A stretch of 58,239 nucleotides of DNA, counting the filler, from Jimgerdemannia flammicorona (taxonomy: Eukaryota): NCBI GenBank assembly GCA_003990765.1. It is 3 parts of 3 records of this genome, joined end to end, with 100 filler letters (N's around TTAATTAATTAA, not from the genome) between each part and the next. Parts side by side here need not be neighbours in the genome. Positions count along the whole stretch, not along the records: positions 38,895 to 58,239 come from RBNJ01001962.1; 2 more parts are not named here. One strand, 5' to 3'. This document shows, piece after piece, positions 52,700 through 58,239 of the stretch. Position numbers and translations under genes: made by a program. Positions within the stretch are counted from its first letter, which is position 1; every line of letters begins with the position of its first letter. Below the pieces are notes generated by a model. It saw nothing but the letters and a program-made list of their open reading frames with translations, was not told the DNA's origin and made no database searches.

Positions 52700-55341
52700 C
52701 ATCCTTTGATTTCTCCTACAATGGCTCCAATAGTAATGGGGACAGTGTTCTTGGCCCATACATTGTCTTCTGGTCTATCATCCACTAGCTTAATTCAGAG
52801 ATTGAGTCTGGGATCATTTCCATCTTCAGATTCTTCTTCTTCCTCTATAGTAGACTCTTTACTGCTGGCATATTCTTCTTGGATGGTGACCTTCTTCTTC
52901 TTCTTTGATTACTCATAGCTGGTCACCTTGACTCTGTACTTCTTGCCTCAGTAGTCAAACTTGAGTACTTGTTGACTGATATCAACAACTGCATTCATTT
53001 TCTTCATCCAGTTGATACCAAGAATCATATTATAGGTGATAGCTTCAGTGACAACAGCTTTCGGGATAGAGAACTAAATATATATATCCAAGAGAGATAG
53101 TGATGTTTCATACTTCTCCAAGGAGTTGAGTTCGGGCTCCATCTGCTATTATGATACTGAGGTTGGATGGTCCATCAATGGGCCATTGGAGGGTATCCAG
53201 GAACTATTTGGTAATGACACAGATAACTGTTACTGTATCTATAAGAATTTTCACCTTTTGTCCTCCAATATCTTTATGTAGATAAGTGCTGACATGTCTT
53301 TCTGCAGCTTGAATAGGAATAGAGACTGGCTCTTATTGTGGGATTGGAACTTGGCTAGTGCTAGACCTGGTGGTCCTTAGTAATTTATTTCAGACTCTAG
53401 CTGATGTTAGTTACAGGAACTACAGAAGGGGAACCTCTATCTTGGCTTCTTGAATCTTCTGCCAGGCTTTGTTGTAGATATCTCTGGGCATGGTCTTTAG
53501 GGTGTACTTCTTCTTAGACTTTGGAGCAGCAGGCTTCTATTCTTCTTGTTCTATTTCTTCATCTTCTGGTAGTAGCTCATTTGTCTTAAAGACAAAAGGT
53601 GAGGGGGTCTAGAGAGATGTTTCTACCTACTCCTCCTCATATTCTTTATCTTCTTCTTGGATGATTCTTCTGCTGATATTCCTGGATGGTCTTTCTATTG
53701 ATCTCTTCCTTTTTTCTGCTGGGTAGACTGTTTTCTGAGTAGTAACCTTGGTAGGGTATAAGTCTAGGTCACTGTAGTCTTTACTATTGCTTGCTTCTTC
53801 AAAATATTCAACAGGATGGAATCCAGTCTTCTTGTACTGAGTGTCATTCCTTCAGTTTAGTGGTTCTGAGTCCCTTCAGTTACTTCTTTTATTATCACAT
53901 TCAGTGACATAGTGTCCAAATTGTCTACAGTGGAAGCATTGGACTTGGGCTCTATCTTGGACAGAGTATCTTCTTTCTTCTTACTGATAGCTCCTGTTAT
54001 CTCTAGATAGATAACCCTGGTTCCTTTGTAGGGGGTATTCTCTATTATCTTGATAACTCTGATTTTTGTATGGGGTAAGTTTTTCAATCTGTTCCACCAA
54101 TCAGTCCAACTTGGAGCTGAGGTCTTGAATTTCACTTCTGTTCTTCTTTCCTTCTTTAGTTGGCCTTCTTTCTTCAGATCTCTCTTGTCCTTGAAGGAGT
54201 CCTTGTAGGGCTTTGATCAGGATGTCTTCTTTATCTTCTTTCTTATCATGATCACTCCAAATAGTTTCTTGTCTGATATCAAAGAATTCTTGGGCTGCAT
54301 CTACTTGCTCTTTAGACATTCTGATGTCTAGAGTGCAGACATACTGGGCAATGTTTGGGGGAATCCCATTCATGAAGGTCATTGGTCCTATGATATCTTG
54401 ATTGGTGGCATTGAATCTGGCAGCATGCATTCTCTTCTGAATTCTTGTGAAGAAGACTCTGGGTAATTTTCCAAGATTCATCTTCATCTCTATGATAGAT
54501 TCTTGGGCTTTGTGGTGGATTTCATTTTCTGTATATTTTTCAATGAGCCAGTAGACCATGGCTATATATTCCAGCTCATAGGATGTTGCTGCTTATATTT
54601 GTACTACCAGTTCTGAGTGGGGGTCATTTGTTGTTCAATGAAAAATTCCTCTGGCTGGTTCTCTGAGCTGGGCCTTGTAGATAGTGATTTTTCTTTCATC
54701 TGAGAGATTTCTCAGGGCTGCAATTTCTTCAATTCCATCGAAGAATTCTCTAGGGTCTTCTTCTGGATATCCTGCAAAGATTGGTAATGAGGTGGTCATT
54801 ATATCATCACTTTCTTCTGATTCTGGTTCTGGTCTGAATTCTGATTCAAATTCTGACTCTGATTCACTTTCTAAACTGTTACTGAAAATGGGAGTGCTCA
54901 GGTATCTTGAGAATAGAGTTCTGGGCCTTGAGTAAAGTGGAATAAACCTAGGTATTCTTAAAGAAGCAGTTTCCAGTTCTGTAAGGACTGGTGGTAAGGG
55001 TTCTATGGGTGAGGTTGGTGGGACTACTGTGGGGTATCTGGCTGCATAATTTCAAGCTTGTGTGATAAGATCTTCTAGTTCTTGGGCAAGTTCTCCAAAG
55101 TCTCTAACAGGGCTACCTATATTGTCTAGTTGATCCGATTGAGAATTTTGGGCTATACTGACTTCTGGTTGGAATCTTTCTAATGCTGGGTAGTTGGTGA
55201 GTCTTGAGGTAATTACTTCTCTTCCTGTCTAATAACTAGTTCTCTTGTAGTGGCAGAGATTAGTATTGTATCAAATGTATCCAGTTTGACTGTAGGTTCT
55301 TATGAGCTAAAAAGTCATATTGATTTTTTTTTTTAGAAATC

Positions 55342-55359
55342 TTCCCAGTTGAGCCCCCA
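55342..55359 (-). promoter_or_regulatory. tRNA-Pro primer-binding site of element C
   Basis: TGGGGGCTCAACTGGGAA next to the 5' LTR, resembling the canonical Pro PBS TGGGGGCTCGTCCGGGA. Confidence 0.8.
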
Positions 55360-55361
55360 AA

Positions 55362-56673
55362 TATAATATGTCTGGCTCAATAGAGGCAAATTATAAGGTT
55401 GGGGTATTGTGCTAGTTTGGCTTGAGTCTCCAGTTACTTTGTTAAAAGTAACAAAATGTTCTTGGTGTTTAGTGGTATAATAGTCAAAGCTAGATATCTT
55501 CAGTTGATTTATATGTCAATTTTCTAATTGAGATGGTTCTCTGGATGTAGTTGTGTTTTGTATATAATGGGTGATTTAGCAGTCTTTTTTTTTAGGTGAT
55601 GGTCTCCAAAAGTATGTGATTTTTGTATGACAATTCCTATATAGTATAACAATTTCTGTGTGTGACAGTCTGGCAATTAAGCAGTTCTCCTTCTTGAGTA
55701 ATAGGTAATCTCTGTATAGTGTGATAATCTCCTTATATATGGCAGTCTGGTAATTCAGCAGTTGACTCAATTTGGATGCAGATTCTCCTGAAGCAGACTT
55801 ACTGGGAATAGAGGATAGTGTGGATTCTTTCTAAATTAGCTCTCTGGGAATTATACTGGTGGCAGATCCTTCTTACTGAGAATGGGTGAATAACTCAGAT
55901 AATTCAGATAACTTGGATGTTGCAGATTTCTTCTAAATTGGCAGGCTCTTTGGAAATAATACTTAGATGGCATGGATAACTCAATAACTTGGGTTCTTGG
56001 CAAGTTATGTCAAAGACTGACTTCATTTGTACAGAGTTATGTTATTAGACTGGCTCTACTGCGAAGTTGTATCAATAGACTGACTTGTAGTAAGAAAGGT
56101 GGGCTCTCTGGAAATATAGCAAATAACTTGAAAATGACAAATGGTGTATTACTCAAATGGTAGTGAAGTTCTTCCTTGAACTTTAGTGGCAAACTTGAAT
56201 TCTTCAGGCTTATCTGACAAGTAAACCAAAAATATAACAAACTCTTTGTTGTATTGGAAAGTAGACTAGAGTGGAAAGGAATGCTTTGCTCATAATCTCT
56301 TAGTAGTAGTTATAGAGTTCCTCTCAAAGTATGGTAGACAGACTTGACTTTTGCTTTAGATTCAATTTAGACTGAGGTTTATTCACTCTTATCTCTGGGG
56401 TATTTTATATAGTTGGAGTTACTACTGGTTACTATATTACTAACTATAGATTGCTAACTATGGTAAGTATTTCTTGAGGATACAGTATATCTAGAGGGAC
56501 AGTAAATCTTGAGGGTATAGTATATCTGGAGAGTATAGGTAAACATACTGTTTCTGGTATCTCTGGCTAAATATATAGATTGGCATAGTAAAGCAGTCTT
56601 AGTTGCCTAGTATACTAGATATAGTATATAGCTAATTTATGATTTCAGTGGTGCAATTCTATTGCTCATTACA
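55362..56673 (-). repeat. 5' LTR of element C (~1.3 kb)
   Basis: Direct repeat of 38895-40247; termini TGTAAT...ATTATA (decayed ATTACA). Confidence 0.92.
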
Positions 56674-57201
56674 ATATATTAATATATATTCAAAATTGAA
56701 CTACGAAGTATTTTGAACTTCTGGCTATATAGTATAAGAGGTTGGTAGAAATAATATCATATGTATATGTATTAAATAAAAGTATCAGTTATATCATAAA
56801 TATGTCTTTTTTTAATTTTTTATCTGCAATAATTACAAATAATATCATCTTTAGTCTCAGTACAATGTTGCTAGATTTCAGAATGAGAATTGTATAAAAA
56901 GTATAGAACTATTGAGAATTTTTGACTTAAAGTATCATTGATACTATAAACTGTTGAAGACTGATCTGTTGATATATATTTATATATTTATATATATATA
57001 TTTATATATATATATTTATATATATATATTTGTATATATATATATTGTATATATAGATATATCTAATATATAAGTCATATAGAGGATTCAGATTAATCTG
57101 AGTTAATTCAGATTGTTTTAGATTTGAGATTTGGGTCAAACTATTATATATATAATAAATTGAATCTGGATTTAATTTGAATTAACTCATTTAGAGTATT
57201 A
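56674..57201 (-). mobile_element. Old hypermutated copy of the hAT 5' end, into which element C inserted
   Basis: The reverse complement aligns to 18139-18250 and about 18600-18987 (TIR, BED exon, intron), with C-to-T and G-to-A changes. Confidence 0.85.
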
Positions 57202-58208
57202 TTGCTAAAGATACTATATATATTTAAATCCTTACAATCATTAAAATCTTCTAAAGATATCAAAAAGATTCAACACTTGTGAAAAGTGACTCACAGAAAA
57301 CATAGTTATAACTTAGCTATCTTATAGCTAGCAAACTTATATAAATATCTCCAGTATCTAGAGTAAATAAACCTTAGGTCAAAATAGTTCAAAAGTAAAG
57401 AGAAAGCAAGAGAACTAGTAAGTCTGCAGATAGATATACTTTAAACTCATCCATCTTTATATCTTGAAAACTCTGTAGAGTTAAAGAAGATTAAGTTTTT
57501 AAGATACAGAACTCTGAGATACTTATATATATAATTATATATCTGCTACATTACAACAATCTCTTATATAATCTATATATGAGCTTACCATTTTCATATT
57601 CTTGTAGTTAATAGATATAGTTCAGTATCTATATCACTATAGGAATATTGTCTTTATATTTATTTTGATAAATTTTGAGATCATACACTATACTGATTAT
57701 AAGAAGTATTCTAAGTAAAGTAAGCTTGAATATGAGCAAAAATATCTCATTATAGTCTATATCATAAACCTGTAAGTAACTCTTAGTAACAAAATAAGGT
57801 TTATACTACTCTATACTTCTGTTACTCCTATGTTTGATTTTATAGACCCACTTTAATTTAATTATTTAGTAATTTAATAGAAGAGATACTAAATCTCATA
57901 TACTATTCTAGATAAGTGAATCATATTTTTCATCTATAGCTTACTTTTATCTTTCTCAATCCAGACTGATTATAGTCTCATTATAGATACTTAACTTATC
58001 AGAAGATGTTATAATATATATATATTCATATATTTTAGTATAGCTTATATGGTTCTGATATTACTCTATAGAGCTTACTGATATATCCCAATAATTTCCT
58101 AAATTGGAGTATGTTTATCAGAAAATATTAAAGTGCTTTTTATTTATTATTTATAGAGAATCTCTTATTACTGGAGAGTTTACCATTATCTTCATCTTTG
58201 ATCTCTAT
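57202..58208 (-). pseudogene. Heavily mutated Ty1/copia reverse transcriptase relic
   Basis: The reverse complement of about 57700-57870 reads LKWVYKIKHRSN.SIE.YK...V.K.Y.Q.Y.IDYNEIF, the copia RT N-terminal signature. Confidence 0.75.

Positions 58209-58239
<31 letters not shown>

Larger units (their letters stand above)
38895..56673 (-). mobile_element. Degenerate Ty3/gypsy element C (LTR-gag-PR-extra domains-dUTPase-RT-RNaseH-IN-accessory ORF-LTR) carrying two LINE insertions
   Basis: LTRs at 55362-56673 and 38895-40247; tRNA-Pro PBS; PPT at about 40249-40265; gag CFHCRQFGHYVTEC (about 53900-53940); RT VYIDD (about 42650); IN YHPQTN..TERMN. Confidence 0.93.

Noticed and set aside
56970..57070. 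Independent (TA)n microsatellite
   Set aside because: It lies at the position of the hAT (CA)n tract and is best explained as its mutated form.

Overview
Eukaryotic, almost certainly fungal, genomic DNA. The intron-rich gene style and protein features suggest an early-diverging Mucoromycota-type fungus (inference). A CpG-rich island of about 13 kb (about 25.5-38.3 kb) holds three host genes: SDH3/SDHC (minus), a divergently transcribed flavin-reductase-fold protein fused to an uncharacterised His-motif domain, and a large group X (Chk1/Mak2-3-like) hybrid histidine kinase. Nested, CpG-depleted, transition-riddled transposons flank the island. These are three different dUTPase-encoding Ty3/gypsy elements (A, B = chromovirus, C), three L1/Tx1-like LINEs, a hAT family present as a young copy, an old copy and a hairpin MITE, and very old gypsy and copia relics. 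Two N-gaps contain an artificial TTAATTAATTAA linker. Highlights: (1) an uncharacterised accessory ORF family carried by all three gypsy elements, inside the LTR U3 in two of them; (2) dUTPase in two different pol positions, with a shared CPH...CxxC micro-domain beside it in A and B; (3) young-versus-old copy evidence of CpG and CpA C-to-T hypermutation (RIP-like).
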